Origin: Bacteroidota bacterium
GTDB lineage: Bacteria; Bacteroidota; Bacteroidia; Bacteroidales; VadinHA17
Direction of reading: 5' to 3'
Assembly (NCBI GenBank): GCA_029547705.1
Contig: JAKPOU010000028.1
Coordinates: 55,982-119,981, forward strand
Length of the DNA: 64,000 nucleotides
Part shown: positions 20,487 through 30,614 of the stretch, in pieces
How the letters are laid out: each line of letters begins with the position of its first letter
How positions within the stretch are numbered: the first letter of the stretch is position 1
Program-made: the position numbers and the translations under genes
The notes under the pieces: model-generated
Database searches by the model: none
What the model saw: only the letters and a program-made list of their open reading frames with translations
What the model was told of the DNA's origin: nothing

Positions 20487-22172
20487 GTGAAAAGAAATAA
20501 ATTCAGGGTAATCACGCTGTTTACCGATATTGTTATTCTTGCAGTATCGTTTATGATCGCGGTCCTTTTCAGGCCCGCCGGGATCAGTTCCTATGTCCCT
20601 TCCCATGGTGTTTTTTTCATAATCCTGGCCGTGATCTGGCTGACTGTCTCCATAGTCAACGGCAAAATGCATAGGGGTAAGATTATTAATTTTACCAGCC
20701 TCTTCAACAGGGTAATAGGGAGCAACCTGATATCCGTGTCCCTTCTCGCCCTGATAATGTATATCATAAGGGATTATTCCTATTCACGTGCCGTGTTCCT
20801 GGGAACCACAGTAATAGCAACCATCTTCGAACTTTTGGCGGGATCTGTGTATATAGCCTATAAAAAGGCCAATATCCGCGATTATGATGAAGCTGAAAAA
20901 TTCAGGAAGTACAGGAAGCCTACGGAAGAGGAGCTGGTAAACAATCTTAACGGAAATGGCAATGGCTTCAGGAATGGCAACGGAAACGGAAATGGTAACG
21001 CTTACGTTTACTGGAACGGTAATGGCAACGGCAACGGAAATGGCCACAGCCACGGAAACGCTAACGGAAACGGAAACGGAAACGGAAATGGAAACGGCAT
21101 TGATCACGAAAACTTGCAGAACGTCAGTCCCGGGATAATAGAAAAAATAGAAAGGAAAGTGGGACCTGAAATGACCGGGGCAATACTGGCAATGACCGGA
21201 CCCAACCTGAATGGCCGTACCGCGGTTTTATCCACAACCACAGTTTTCAACGTCGAAAATCTCCCTAAAGAAAAATACACATACCTAATCAACCTGCACA
21301 GGATAAATGACATAGCACACCTCGACAGCTTTATTGAGGCTGTCAATAATAAAATTGAATTAAACGGGTACTTCTTCTGCTGTGTCGAGACAAAGGATCA
21401 GAGGAAAAAAAGGATACTGCAGAAATATCCTGCCGGTCTTAATTACATCTATTATTCCTTTGATTTTATTCTGAAACGCATTTTGCCGAAACTAAAATTC
21501 ACCCGTCCCCTGTACATGTTTCTGACAAACGGCGGAAACTCCGTTATATCGCGTGCCGAGGCCCTTGGCCGCCTCTGCAGGGGAGGATTTCATATCATGC
21601 AGGAATCATTCATCGGAAACCAGCTCTGCATAGAGGCAAAAAAGATAAGGAAGCCCCTTCCGGTGAACGGATATTCCTATGGTCCGATCATTGCCCTGCC
21701 GCGGATAGGAAAGGACGGAAAGCAGATTAAAGTCTACAAGCTCAGGACCATGCACCCCTATTCGGAATATATCCAGGATTATGTTTACAAAATGCATAAT
21801 CTTCAGGAAGGAGGCAAGTTCAAAAATGATTTCCGGATTACAACCTGGGGGGCCTTCTGCAGAAAAGTATGGCTCGACGAGCTGCCAATGCTTATCAATA
21901 TGTTCAAGGGCAACATGAAGCTTGTGGGTGTAAGACCGCTCAGCAAACAATATTTCAACCTCTATGATGACGGGGTGAAGGAAAAAAGACTGAAACACAA
22001 GCCGGGTCTGGTACCTCCGTATTATGCCGACATGCCTGCCAGCCTCGAGGAGATACAGGAATCTGAGATGAGATATCTCGAAGAATTTGAAAAACAACCG
22101 GTAAAAACAGATTTAAGATATTTTTTCAAATCGTGGTGGAATATTTTCTTCCACGAAGCCAGAAGCAACTGA
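20487..22172 (+). CDS. polyprenyl-phosphate sugar-1-phosphate transferase (bacterial sugar transferase, WbaP/EpsL-like) with internal Asn-Gly repeat
   Basis: ORF 20451-22172. The likely start is GTG 20487 (VKRNKFRV..) or ATG 20553. N-terminal TM helices. The C-terminal catalytic block KFKNDFRITTWGAFCRKVWLDELPMLINMFKGNMKLVGVRPL is typical of PF02397-type transferases. Confidence 0.8.
   Translation: MKRNKFRVITLFTDIVILAVSFMIAVLFRPAGISSYVPSHGVFFIILAVIWLTVSIVNGKMHRGKIINFTSLFNRVIGSNLISVSLLALIMYIIRDYSYSRAVFLGTTVIATIFELLAGSVYIAYKKANIRDYDEAEKFRKYRKPTEEELVNNLNGNGNGFRNGNGNGNGNAYVYWNGNGNGNGNGHSHGNANGNGNGNGNGNGIDHENLQNVSPGIIEKIERKVGPEMTGAILAMTGPNLNGRTAVLSTTTVFNVENLPKEKYTYLINLHRINDIAHLDSFIEAVNNKIELNGYFFCCVETKDQRKKRILQKYPAGLNYIYYSFDFILKRILPKLKFTRPLYMFLTNGGNSVISRAEALGRLCRGGFHIMQESFIGNQLCIEAKKIRKPLPVNGYSYGPIIALPRIGKDGKQIKVYKLRTMHPYSEYIQDYVYKMHNLQEGGKFKNDFRITTWGAFCRKVWLDELPMLINMFKGNMKLVGVRPLSKQYFNLYDDGVKEKRLKHKPGLVPPYYADMPASLEEIQESEMRYLEEFEKQPVKTDLRYFFKSWWNIFFHEARSN
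20949..21098 (+). repeat. in-frame (AAY-GGN)n hexanucleotide repeat encoding an (Asn-Gly)n tract
   Basis: 150 nt encoding NGNGNGFRNGNGNGNGNAYVYWNGNGNGNGNGHSHGNANGNGNGNGNGNG. Confidence 0.9.
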
Positions 22173-22310
22173 TTCCCCCGGTCCGGTTTATTGTTGCAGG
22201 TTCAGAAAAAGCGAAAACAGATTATCAAATCTTTTAACCGTTGTATCAGAGTATATATATCTGTTAAATACTCAAAGGTCTGTTTTAACCTGAAACTAAA
22301 GAATCTCTGT

Positions 22311-22814
22311 ATGAAAAAAATATTGCTTCTTATTATAGCTTCAATGTTCATTACATTTTCCAGGGCACAAAAATGCTCCGACTGGATTATTACTGAATAT
22401 GACGAAGTTGCTGATATAACAGTAATTTCCATGAAAGAAAGGATGTATATTGAAAAGGATGGTCAGCGGAAAGTTTCAATATATGTAGCCCGGAAAATTG
22501 AAAATAACGAGAAACAAACTGTGCTTACAATAGATGTAAGAGATGGTGGATGTATTAATAATCTTAATGGTATAATTTTCCTTTTTACAGATGGTACGAG
22601 GTTAAAGCAGATGAATCATGGTCCTTATAATTGTGAAGGTTTTGCAATGCTGCATATAGATATCCCGGACTATGAAGGACATACAATCCAGGATTACCTG
22701 AAACAGAAAAAGATTAAAACACTTCGCGTTTACACAAATGATTCATTTATTGACGTTGATTTTTCAGAAGCAAATCAGGTAAAATTGATAAATACCCTTA
22801 AATGTATTGAATAA
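22311..22814 (+). CDS. secreted hypothetical protein
   Basis: ORF 22191-22814. ATG at 22311 gives a clean signal peptide MKKILLLIIASMFITFSRAQ. AT-rich, with no recognised motif. Confidence 0.6.
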   Translation: MKKILLLIIASMFITFSRAQKCSDWIITEYDEVADITVISMKERMYIEKDGQRKVSIYVARKIENNEKQTVLTIDVRDGGCINNLNGIIFLFTDGTRLKQMNHGPYNCEGFAMLHIDIPDYEGHTIQDYLKQKKIKTLRVYTNDSFIDVDFSEANQVKLINTLKCIE

Positions 22815-23048
22815 TTGATGGTGTCAGGATGACTTGCAGCAACTGCTTTTTCAGATGGAAAAATCAGTCTGAAATTCCGGGGATAATATACTCTGGCAAA
22901 ATACCCGGAATCAATAAGATCCCTAGCGGAACGGAGATTCACCAATCAAAATTGTTAACTTTATGCCGGTTTGCCGGCTCCGTCCGTGCTGACGCAGACA
23001 GCAGAGCCGGGCAAATAATCAGTGACTGAAACTATTACCAGGTATAAC

Positions 23049-24209
23049 ATGAATAAAGGAAGGAAAAAAGTTTTTGTATCCGGTTGTTTTGATATGCTCC
23101 ATTCGGGGCATGTTGCTTTTCTGCAGGAAGCCGCACAATACGGTGACCTTTATATTGGTCTGGGTTCAGATAAAACCATCAGGGAACTGAAGGGCAGGGA
23201 AACCGTCTATTCGGAAGAGGAAAGGGCCTATATGCTGAGCTCCCTGAAAAGTGTGCACAGGGTTTCCGTTAACACGGGAAGCGGACTCATGGATTTCCGG
23301 GATGACATGAAAAATCTTGCTCCCGATATCTTCATTGTAAACGAGGACGGACACTCACCGGAAAAGGAAGAGCTCTGCACGGAACTGGGAATTGAATACA
23401 GAGTACTGAAAAGGATTCCGCATGCAAACCTTCCGGCGCGGTCAACAACGGCATTGCGTTCCTCCCGGCCCATCCCCTACAGGATTGACATTGCCGGAAC
23501 ATGGATAGATCAGCCATATGTGTCGAAATATCACCCGGGTGCAGCAATAACAGCATCCATAGAACCCACTATAGAATTCAACGAAAGGTCGGGCATGGCC
23601 ACTTCAACACGAAAAAAGGCAATCGAACTGTGGAACGACCATCTGCCCTTTGAAAAGCCGGAAAAGCTTGCAAAAACTCTTTTCAGATATGATAACGACC
23701 CCGGAACCGTCGAGGTGAGCGGTTCACAGGATTCCATAGGAATAGCAATGCCCGGGATCAACAGGTTCTACTACGACAGGGGGGAATACTGGCCCTCACA
23801 TTTTGACACCATCACCGATCCGGAAACTATCGGATGGCTGGAGGAAAGACTTTATATGGTGACCCTGTGGCCCAGACCGGAGGGCTTCGATGTTCTTTCC
23901 GAAACATATATAAATGATGAGAATGTGAAAAGCCTGGCCACTGCAGCCGATCTGGCATGGGAAGGACTGACAAACAAGGATATGGACAGGTTTTCGGAGG
24001 GATTCCTGGATTCCTTCCGCTCACAGGTGAGGATGTTCCCCAAAATGCTGACTCCCGAGATTGAAAGAATAATAAGGCAGTATCATGGAAAAGCCAGGGC
24101 ATGGAAACTGTCCGGAGCCGGAGGAGGAGGCTACCTCGTCCTGGTCAGTGAGGAGGAAATACCCAATTCATTCAAAGTAAAGATACGTCTGAGGGAACTG
24201 GGATTCTAG
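23049..24209 (+). CDS. fusion of cytidylyl/adenylyltransferase-like domain with GHMP-kinase-like domain (sugar-nucleotide biosynthesis)
   Basis: The N-terminus VFVSGCFDMLHSGHVAFL is the HxGH nucleotidyltransferase motif. The C-terminus KLSGAGGGGYLVLV is GHMP kinase motif III. The ORF may alternatively start at GTG 23022. Confidence 0.75.
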   Translation: MNKGRKKVFVSGCFDMLHSGHVAFLQEAAQYGDLYIGLGSDKTIRELKGRETVYSEEERAYMLSSLKSVHRVSVNTGSGLMDFRDDMKNLAPDIFIVNEDGHSPEKEELCTELGIEYRVLKRIPHANLPARSTTALRSSRPIPYRIDIAGTWIDQPYVSKYHPGAAITASIEPTIEFNERSGMATSTRKKAIELWNDHLPFEKPEKLAKTLFRYDNDPGTVEVSGSQDSIGIAMPGINRFYYDRGEYWPSHFDTITDPETIGWLEERLYMVTLWPRPEGFDVLSETYINDENVKSLATAADLAWEGLTNKDMDRFSEGFLDSFRSQVRMFPKMLTPEIERIIRQYHGKARAWKLSGAGGGGYLVLVSEEEIPNSFKVKIRLRELGF

Positions 24210-24303
24210 CAGCTTCAGGCTGATTTTACCGGTAAACCGACCGGGAAACCTGTTTGCCGTTAAGGGGAGATCCCGGTTCAATGCGGGAAAAATCAGGATT
24301 TTC

Positions 24304-24864
24304 CTATACCGTCTCCTTTATTTTTCTCAGAAACGTAACCGGAATAGTGAGAAGAATATTCTGCTCAAGCTTGTCGATACGCACAATGACTCTCCTTTTT
24401 CCGCCTGTCCTGATAAGCTCCCCGGTCAGACCGACCATTGAACCGTTTATAACCTCAACAAGATCGCCCTTTTCAAACTTTTCGCTTGTAACCTCCAGTT
24501 CGGCATCACTGTTTACAAGCAGACGGAGATTGTCGATCTGGTTCTGGGGAATCGAAACAGGCTGTCCTTCAAATGAAACAAACTTGACTACCCCGTAGGT
24601 CTTGTAAACCTTGGCAAATTCCTTCGGAACAACCTTAACGAAAACGTAGGAAGAAAGCAGGGGTTTCAGAATCAGCTTCTTCCGGTCACTCCACTGGCGG
24701 TAGGTCTTCTGAAGGGGGAGAAATGACTCAACTGACTCTTCCAGAAGCCTGGCATGAACAAGCTTTTCGGCACGCGGATGGGTATAGACGGCAAACCATC
24801 TGGGCTGTACCTGTTGCTTAAATACCACAGGCCCGGAAGATTCGGATGATATCACAGAATCCAT
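24304..24864 (-). CDS. UpxY-family / NusG-like transcription antitermination protein
   Basis: RWFAVYTHPRAEKLV...LPLQKTYRQWSDRKK..KPLLSSYVFVKV is an NGN domain, followed by a KOW-like EKFEKGDLVEVINGSMVGLTGELI. The start is probably the ATG at 24864 (ORF track gives 24900). Confidence 0.75.
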   Translation of the reverse strand: MDSVISSESSGPVVFKQQVQPRWFAVYTHPRAEKLVHARLLEESVESFLPLQKTYRQWSDRKKLILKPLLSSYVFVKVVPKEFAKVYKTYGVVKFVSFEGQPVSIPQNQIDNLRLLVNSDAELEVTSEKFEKGDLVEVINGSMVGLTGELIRTGGKRRVIVRIDKLEQNILLTIPVTFLRKIKETV

Positions 24865-25049
24865 TATCAGCAGTTTTCGGCAAAGATAGAAAAAAGGCAT
24901 AAAGGAGCAAATGGGAAGGCCCTCCCGTTATGCTGTTTAATCAGCTCCGGAAAAGCTTTTCTGAACTGTTGTAATTCTTTGTTTGAGTGCCTGTTAATAA
25001 GATGTCGTAGTATCATGTACAGCGTGTTTTTTTTGTACGGAAAAAAAGT

Positions 25050-25057
25050 TATCTTTG
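25050..25057 (+). promoter_or_regulatory. candidate -7 promoter box (TATCTTTG)
   Basis: TAnnTTTG match 25 nt upstream of the ATG at 25082. It overlaps the TTG ORF-track start, which favours the ATG. Confidence 0.3.
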
Positions 25058-25081
25058 CGGCACAATTTTAAATCTTATGCC

Positions 25082-25465
25082 ATGGCTCAAAAGGAAAAGA
25101 CAAGGTATTCGGATGCGGAGCTTGAGGAGTTCAGGGAAATTATCCTGGCGAAGCTGGATAAGGCCAGGAAAGATTATGAAATACTGAAATCAAGCATTTC
25201 ACACGAGGAGAGCAACGACACAATGGACACCTCTCCCACATTCAAGGTTCTTGAAGAAGGCGCAACCACTCTTTCAAAAGAGGAAGCCGGCAGACTGGCC
25301 CAGCGTCAGCTTAAATTCATACAACATCTTCAGGCTGCACTGGTAAGGATTGAAAACAAAACATACGGAATATGCCGTGAGACAGGAAAACTCATAGCAA
25401 AGGAAAGATTGCGTGCCGTACCCCATGCCACACTGTGCATTGATGCAAAGCTGAAACAGAAGTAA
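25082..25465 (+). CDS. DksA/TraR-family zinc-finger regulator
   Basis: N-terminal coiled-coil region plus the C-terminal YGICRETGKLIAKERLRAVPHATLCIDAK motif. Confidence 0.7.
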   Translation: MAQKEKTRYSDAELEEFREIILAKLDKARKDYEILKSSISHEESNDTMDTSPTFKVLEEGATTLSKEEAGRLAQRQLKFIQHLQAALVRIENKTYGICRETGKLIAKERLRAVPHATLCIDAKLKQK

Positions 25466-25476
25466 GATGCAAGGAT

Positions 25477-25516
25477 AAAAAACCTGAGCCATCCCTGAAA
25501 GGATGGCTTTTTTTTT
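25477..25516. terminator. bidirectional intrinsic terminator between convergent genes
   Basis: The stem AGCCATCC/GGATGGCT with a 6-nt loop is flanked by A6 on the left and T9 on the right. Confidence 0.7.
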
Positions 25517-26447
25517 ATAGCACCGACCTGAAATAGTCAATCGTCTTCTTAAGGCCCGTTTCCAGGTCAACCAGCGGTTCCCAGCCAAGCTCCCTCCTGG
25601 CAAGGGAAATATCCGGACGACGCTGCCGGGGATCATCCGCCGGCAATGGCAGATACCTGAGCCTGGATCCTGATCCGGTAAGACCGATAATCTTTTCAGC
25701 AAGATCCCTGACCGATATCTCAGCCGGATTCCCGATGTTTACAGGACCGGTGAAAGTGTCGGGTGTTTCCATCAGGGTGATCAGACCCCTTATAAGATCA
25801 TCCACGTACTGGAAACTCCGGGTATGGGAACCATCGCCGAAGATGGTCAGATCCTCCCCCTTCAGCGCCTGAACGATGAAGTTTGATATCACCCTTCCGT
25901 CATTCAGGCTCATGCGGGGACCGTAGGTGTTGAATATCCTGGCCAGCTTGATCTTCAGCCTGTGCTGCATGTGATAATTCATGAAAAGGGTTTCGGCACA
26001 GCGCTTGCCTTCATCATAGCATGCACGGGGACCAAGTGTGTTTACATTGCCCCAGTACGACTCAGGCTGGGGATGGATTTCCGGATCACCGTAAATCTCG
26101 CTGGTTGAAGCCTGCAGTATCTTTGACCCGGTACGCTTTGCCAGACCCAGTGTGTTTATCGCTCCCATAACCGAGGTCTTGATGGTCTTGATGCCATTAA
26201 ACTGATAATGCAGGGGAGAGGCAGGACAGGCGAGATTGTATATTTCGTCAACCTCAATCAGCAAGGGATTTATTATATCATGCCTTACAACCTCAAAACA
26301 ATGGTTATCCAGCAGATGCATGATATTTTTCTTCGAGCCGGTGAAGTAATTGTCAAGACAGATGACTTCATTGCCAAGTTCAAGAAGCCTTTCACAGAGA
26401 TGCGATCCGATGAATCCGGCACCGCCTGTTACCAGTATGCGTTTCAT
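25515..26447 (-). CDS. UDP-glucuronate decarboxylase (UDP-xylose synthase), SDR family
   Basis: 310 aa. [37 protein letters not shown], and a YDEGKR catalytic YxxxK. Confidence 0.9.
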   Translation of the reverse strand: MKRILVTGGAGFIGSHLCERLLELGNEVICLDNYFTGSKKNIMHLLDNHCFEVVRHDIINPLLIEVDEIYNLACPASPLHYQFNGIKTIKTSVMGAINTLGLAKRTGSKILQASTSEIYGDPEIHPQPESYWGNVNTLGPRACYDEGKRCAETLFMNYHMQHRLKIKLARIFNTYGPRMSLNDGRVISNFIVQALKGEDLTIFGDGSHTRSFQYVDDLIRGLITLMETPDTFTGPVNIGNPAEISVRDLAEKIIGLTGSGSRLRYLPLPADDPRQRRPDISLARRELGWEPLVDLETGLKKTIDYFRSVL

Positions 26448-26488
26448 AAGGGGATATTTAGATTATGGCAAATATAGCCATTCTGTAT

Positions 26489-29400
26489 TTACTGTGCCTT
26501 GTCAATCAGGATCTTTACAGTCACTTCGTCGATTTCGACTTCCTTCCCCCTGCTGCCGTTGATATTCCTGTCAAGAACGATTTCCGTGGCCAGGGTCTGC
26601 GACCCGATATAGTCCGAATGCTTCAGAATGGCCTCCCTTACATAATCATGATCCTCTATCCTGATCCTTATCTTGTCTGTCACGTTGTAACCGCTCTCCT
26701 TGCGCATGTTCTGGATACGGTTGATGAATTCCCTCGCTATTCCCTCATGCCGGAGTTCATCCGTAACAGTAACATCCAGGGCTACCGTCAGCCGGCCTTC
26801 ATTGGCAACCTGCAGGCCGGGTATGTCCTCCGATATTATCTCCACATCCTCAAGGGTAAGCCGGATATCCTGTCCCTGTATCTTAAGATCCCATGTTCCC
26901 GAGGCCTCGAAGGATGCTATCTCTTCCTGCGACAGCCCTGCAACCGCATTGCTTATATCCTTCATCATCCTGCCGTATTTCGGACCAAGAAGGCGGAAAT
27001 TGGGTTTGATCTTCCTGACGAGCATGGCAGCCGTATCATCCAGATATTCGACTTCCCGCACATTTACCTCGGTAAGAACCAGATCCCTTACAGCCTCAAA
27101 TTTCTTCCTGAAGCTGCTGTCGGGAACCGGGAGCATAATCTTTGCAAGCGGCTGCCTCACTTTTATACTCACCTTCCTCCTGAGAGCATGTACCATTGAG
27201 GATATCTTCTGGGCTATAAACATCTTTTCTTCCAGATCCTTGTCGATCAGTGACTCATCATGAACGGGAAAGAGTGCAAGGTGTACCGATTCCTCGGGAT
27301 TTCTTCCGCTTGTCATGTTAAGGTCGCGGAAAAGCAGATCCATGAAGAAGGGAGCAACGGGAGCCGCAAGGCGGCTGACCGTTTCAAGGCAGGTAAAGAG
27401 GGTCTGGTAGGCTGAAATCTTATCATGGTCATAATCACCGCCCCAGTAGCGCTTCCGGCTCTGACGCACATACCAGTTGCTGAGATTGTCAATTACAAAA
27501 TCCTGAATTGCCCTGGCTGCCCGGGTCAGGTCATAATCCTCATAACTCCGCCCTGCCTCCCTGACAAGCGAATTGAGAAGCGAGATTATCCATCTGTCTA
27601 TTTCGGGTCTTTCATTTACCGGTATGTCCTTTTCGGCATATCTGAAATCATCAACATTTGCATAAAGGGCAAAGAATGAATAGGTGTTGTAAAGGGTTCC
27701 GAAAAATTTCCGCTTCACCTCATCCACTCCCTCAATGTCAAACTTGAGATTGTCCCATGGCTGGGAATTTGTAAGCAGATACCAGCGCAGAGGATCAGAT
27801 CCGTATTTTTCAATGATCTCGAAAGGATCGGCAGCATTTCCCAGACGCTTCGACATCTTGTTGCCGTTCTTGTCGAGGATCAGGCCGTTGGAAATGATAT
27901 TCCTGAATGCGACCGAATCAGATATCATGCATGCAATGGTATGCAGGGTAAAGAACCAGCCCCTGGTCTGGTCAACGCCTTCCGCAACGAAATCGGCAGG
28001 GAACATTTCACTGAAATTATCCCTGTTCTCGAAAGGGTAATGGGACTGTGCATAGGGCATGGCTCCCGAATCGAACCATACGTCGATAAGGTCCGGTTCA
28101 CGGAACATCTTCCTTCCCGACGGACTCACCAGTATGATATTGTCCACAAAAGGCCGGTGAAGATCCAGTTTGTTGTAGTTCTCCGGCGAATTGTCGCCTT
28201 CTGTGAATGTGGCAAGAGGATTGCTCTCCATGAAACCCGCCATGACCGACTTTTCCATTTCGGCTTTAAGCTCGCTCACCGAACCGATGCATACTGATTC
28301 CTTCCCGTCATCGGTCCTCCATACCGGAAGGGGAGTTCCCCAGAAACGTGAACGCGAAAGGTTCCAGTCCACGAGGTTCTCCAGCCATTTCCCGAACCTT
28401 CCCGATCCTGTTGAAGCAGGCTTCCAGTTGATGGTATTGTTCAGTTCTATAAGCCTGTCGCGGAATGCCGTGGTACGTATGAACCATGCATCAATGGGAT
28501 AATAGAGTACGGGCTTGTCGGTACGCCAGCAATGAGGATAGCTGTGTTCCATCTTTTCAATCCTGAACACCTTGCCGGTCTGCTTGAGCATGACGGCGAT
28601 GTCAACATCCAGGGTATCCGTATCCGGATCAATATTTTCATCATATTCGTTCTTCACGGGCCGGCCTTCAAAAGGACCATAGCTGTTCAGACTGACACGT
28701 TCCCTGACAAATTTCTCATCCAGGTCGCTGACGGGCACCATATATCCCTTTTTGTCAACCATGGGGCCAAAAGTGCCGTCCTTCATCCTGAGAAGCATGG
28801 CCGGAACACCGTATTCCCGGGCTATTTTGTAGTCATCGGCTCCGAAGGTCGGGGCAATATGCACAATTCCCGTACCGTCCTCTGTAGTCACAAAATCTCC
28901 CGTCAGCACTTTGAAAGCTCCTTCACCGGGTTTCACCCAGTCGATGAGCTGTTCGTAATCAATACCTTCAAGTCTGCTTCCCGGAAACCGGTCAAGTACC
29001 CTGAAAGGTACTTTCCTGTCACCCGCCCTGTATTCCGGCAGATCGGCACTCTCATCCGTGCCGGGGAACATGGCATCCCTGAGATCTCCGGCAAAAATGA
29101 CAGTAATGGGTTCTCCCGAATAGGGATTGAAGCTGCGAACCTTTATGTATTCAATATCCTTTCCCACTGCAAGGGCAGTGTTCGACGGCAATGTCCAGGG
29201 GGTAGTGGTCCAGGCCATCATATGCACGTCTGCGGTATCAATGTCTTCAAAAAGGAATTCCGACTTTTCGTTCCTTATAAGCCTGAACAGGGCTATACAG
29301 GTTGTGTCCCTTACATCCCTGTAGCAGTTCGGCAGGTTCAGTTCATGTGAACTCAGTCCGGTGCCCGCTGCCGGGGAGTACGGCTGTATGGTATAGTCCT

Positions 29401-29929
29401 TGTACAGGTAACCCTTTGAATAAAGCTGTTTCAGGAGCCACCACAGCGTTTCGATATAACGGTTGTCGTAGGTTATGTACGGATCGTCCATGTTGACCCA
29501 GTAGCCCATCCTGTGCGTAAGGTCTTCCCACTGATCGGTGTATTTCATCACATCGATGCGGCAGGCCCTGTTGAATTCCTCTATTGAGATCTTTTCAGTT
29601 CCGATATCTTCCTTTGTTATCCCGAGAGCCTGTTCAACTCCCAGCTCAATGGGCAGGCCGTGGGTATCCCATCCGGCCTTGCGCTTAACCTCATAACCGC
29701 ACTGCGTCCTGTACCTGCAGATGGCATCCTTGATGGTTCTCGACAGGACGTGATGGATTCCCGGCATACCGTTTGCCGAGGGAGGTCCTTCATAGAAAAT
29801 GTATTCCCCCTTGCCGTTAAGCTGCCTTATACTCTTGAAAAAAATATTGTCCCTGTCCCATATCTTCAGTATGTCCTTGTTCACACGGGACAGGTCAAGA
29901 GTCTTATATTCAGGAAATTTTCCCCTCAT
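26489..29929 (-). CDS. ileS: isoleucine--tRNA ligase
   Basis: 1146 aa. HIGH-region PSANGMPGIHH, KMSKRLGN, and a long type-2 C-terminal extension. Confidence 0.97.
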   Translation of the reverse strand: MRGKFPEYKTLDLSRVNKDILKIWDRDNIFFKSIRQLNGKGEYIFYEGPPSANGMPGIHHVLSRTIKDAICRYRTQCGYEVKRKAGWDTHGLPIELGVEQALGITKEDIGTEKISIEEFNRACRIDVMKYTDQWEDLTHRMGYWVNMDDPYITYDNRYIETLWWLLKQLYSKGYLYKDYTIQPYSPAAGTGLSSHELNLPNCYRDVRDTTCIALFRLIRNEKSEFLFEDIDTADVHMMAWTTTPWTLPSNTALAVGKDIEYIKVRSFNPYSGEPITVIFAGDLRDAMFPGTDESADLPEYRAGDRKVPFRVLDRFPGSRLEGIDYEQLIDWVKPGEGAFKVLTGDFVTTEDGTGIVHIAPTFGADDYKIAREYGVPAMLLRMKDGTFGPMVDKKGYMVPVSDLDEKFVRERVSLNSYGPFEGRPVKNEYDENIDPDTDTLDVDIAVMLKQTGKVFRIEKMEHSYPHCWRTDKPVLYYPIDAWFIRTTAFRDRLIELNNTINWKPASTGSGRFGKWLENLVDWNLSRSRFWGTPLPVWRTDDGKESVCIGSVSELKAEMEKSVMAGFMESNPLATFTEGDNSPENYNKLDLHRPFVDNIILVSPSGRKMFREPDLIDVWFDSGAMPYAQSHYPFENRDNFSEMFPADFVAEGVDQTRGWFFTLHTIACMISDSVAFRNIISNGLILDKNGNKMSKRLGNAADPFEIIEKYGSDPLRWYLLTNSQPWDNLKFDIEGVDEVKRKFFGTLYNTYSFFALYANVDDFRYAEKDIPVNERPEIDRWIISLLNSLVREAGRSYEDYDLTRAARAIQDFVIDNLSNWYVRQSRKRYWGGDYDHDKISAYQTLFTCLETVSRLAAPVAPFFMDLLFRDLNMTSGRNPEESVHLALFPVHDESLIDKDLEEKMFIAQKISSMVHALRRKVSIKVRQPLAKIMLPVPDSSFRKKFEAVRDLVLTEVNVREVEYLDDTAAMLVRKIKPNFRLLGPKYGRMMKDISNAVAGLSQEEIASFEASGTWDLKIQGQDIRLTLEDVEIISEDIPGLQVANEGRLTVALDVTVTDELRHEGIAREFINRIQNMRKESGYNVTDKIRIRIEDHDYVREAILKHSDYIGSQTLATEIVLDRNINGSRGKEVEIDEVTVKILIDKAQ

Positions 29930-30038
29930 CTTACACTTTTTATTTATGAACTGAAAAAACGAACAAAGATAATAAAAATGTCACTGCTGTTGGGAATAAC
30001 TTTAATTACTACTTTTATCAGCCATTCAATTTCTGACT

Positions 30039-30614
30039 ATGGAAAAGTCTGAACGCAAAATAATCCTTGCCGTTACAGGTGCCAGCGGATCGGTCTATGC
30101 GCTGAAACTGCTGGATTTCCTCAGGAAGATAAAGGACCCTCCCGCTGAAACCGCCGTTATATTTTCTGATAACGGAAAGGAGATATGGAAATATGAGAAT
30201 GGCAGGGATTACGAGGCGTTTCCTCCCGAAAAGGAATATGACAGCAGGGATTTCCATGCACCCTTTGCTTCCGGTTCATCCGACTACGACACCATGATAA
30301 TCTGTCCGGCCTCAATGGGTATTCTCGGAAGGATAGCCAGCGGCAGCTCGGATGACCTCATTGCAAGGGCTGCAGATGTAATGCTGAAGGAAAAAAGAAA
30401 GCTGATAGTGGTTCCCCGCGAAACACCCTACAACCTTGTCCATGTCAGGAACATGGAAACCATCCTTCTTGCCGGGGGAATAGTGTGCCCGGCATCGCCT
30501 TCATTCTACAGCAGGCCGGGAAATATTGATGATCTTGTTATGACAGTGGTGGAAAGGATTGTGTCGCTTGCCGGTTTTGATGCACCTTTACACAGATGGA
30601 TGAAGAATGGTTGA
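30039..30614 (+). CDS. ubiX: UbiX-family flavin prenyltransferase
   Basis: 191 aa. ILAVTGASGSVYALKLL, ICPASMGILGRIASG, VPRETPYNLVH. Confidence 0.9.
   Translation: MEKSERKIILAVTGASGSVYALKLLDFLRKIKDPPAETAVIFSDNGKEIWKYENGRDYEAFPPEKEYDSRDFHAPFASGSSDYDTMIICPASMGILGRIASGSSDDLIARAADVMLKEKRKLIVVPRETPYNLVHVRNMETILLAGGIVCPASPSFYSRPGNIDDLVMTVVERIVSLAGFDAPLHRWMKNG

Noticed and set aside
20784-21138. ORFs on the minus strand (107 aa) and an alternate plus frame (60 aa) over the Asn-Gly repeat; the region could be mistaken for a repeat array
   Set aside because: They are artefacts of the hexanucleotide repeat within the sugar transferase frame. There is no spacer/repeat structure like CRISPR.
26465-29350. 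Long plus-strand ORFs (244, 187, 272 aa and others) antisense to ileS
   Set aside because: They lie entirely within a confidently identified 1146-aa ileS gene and have no motifs. Such shadow ORFs are typical opposite a long gene.
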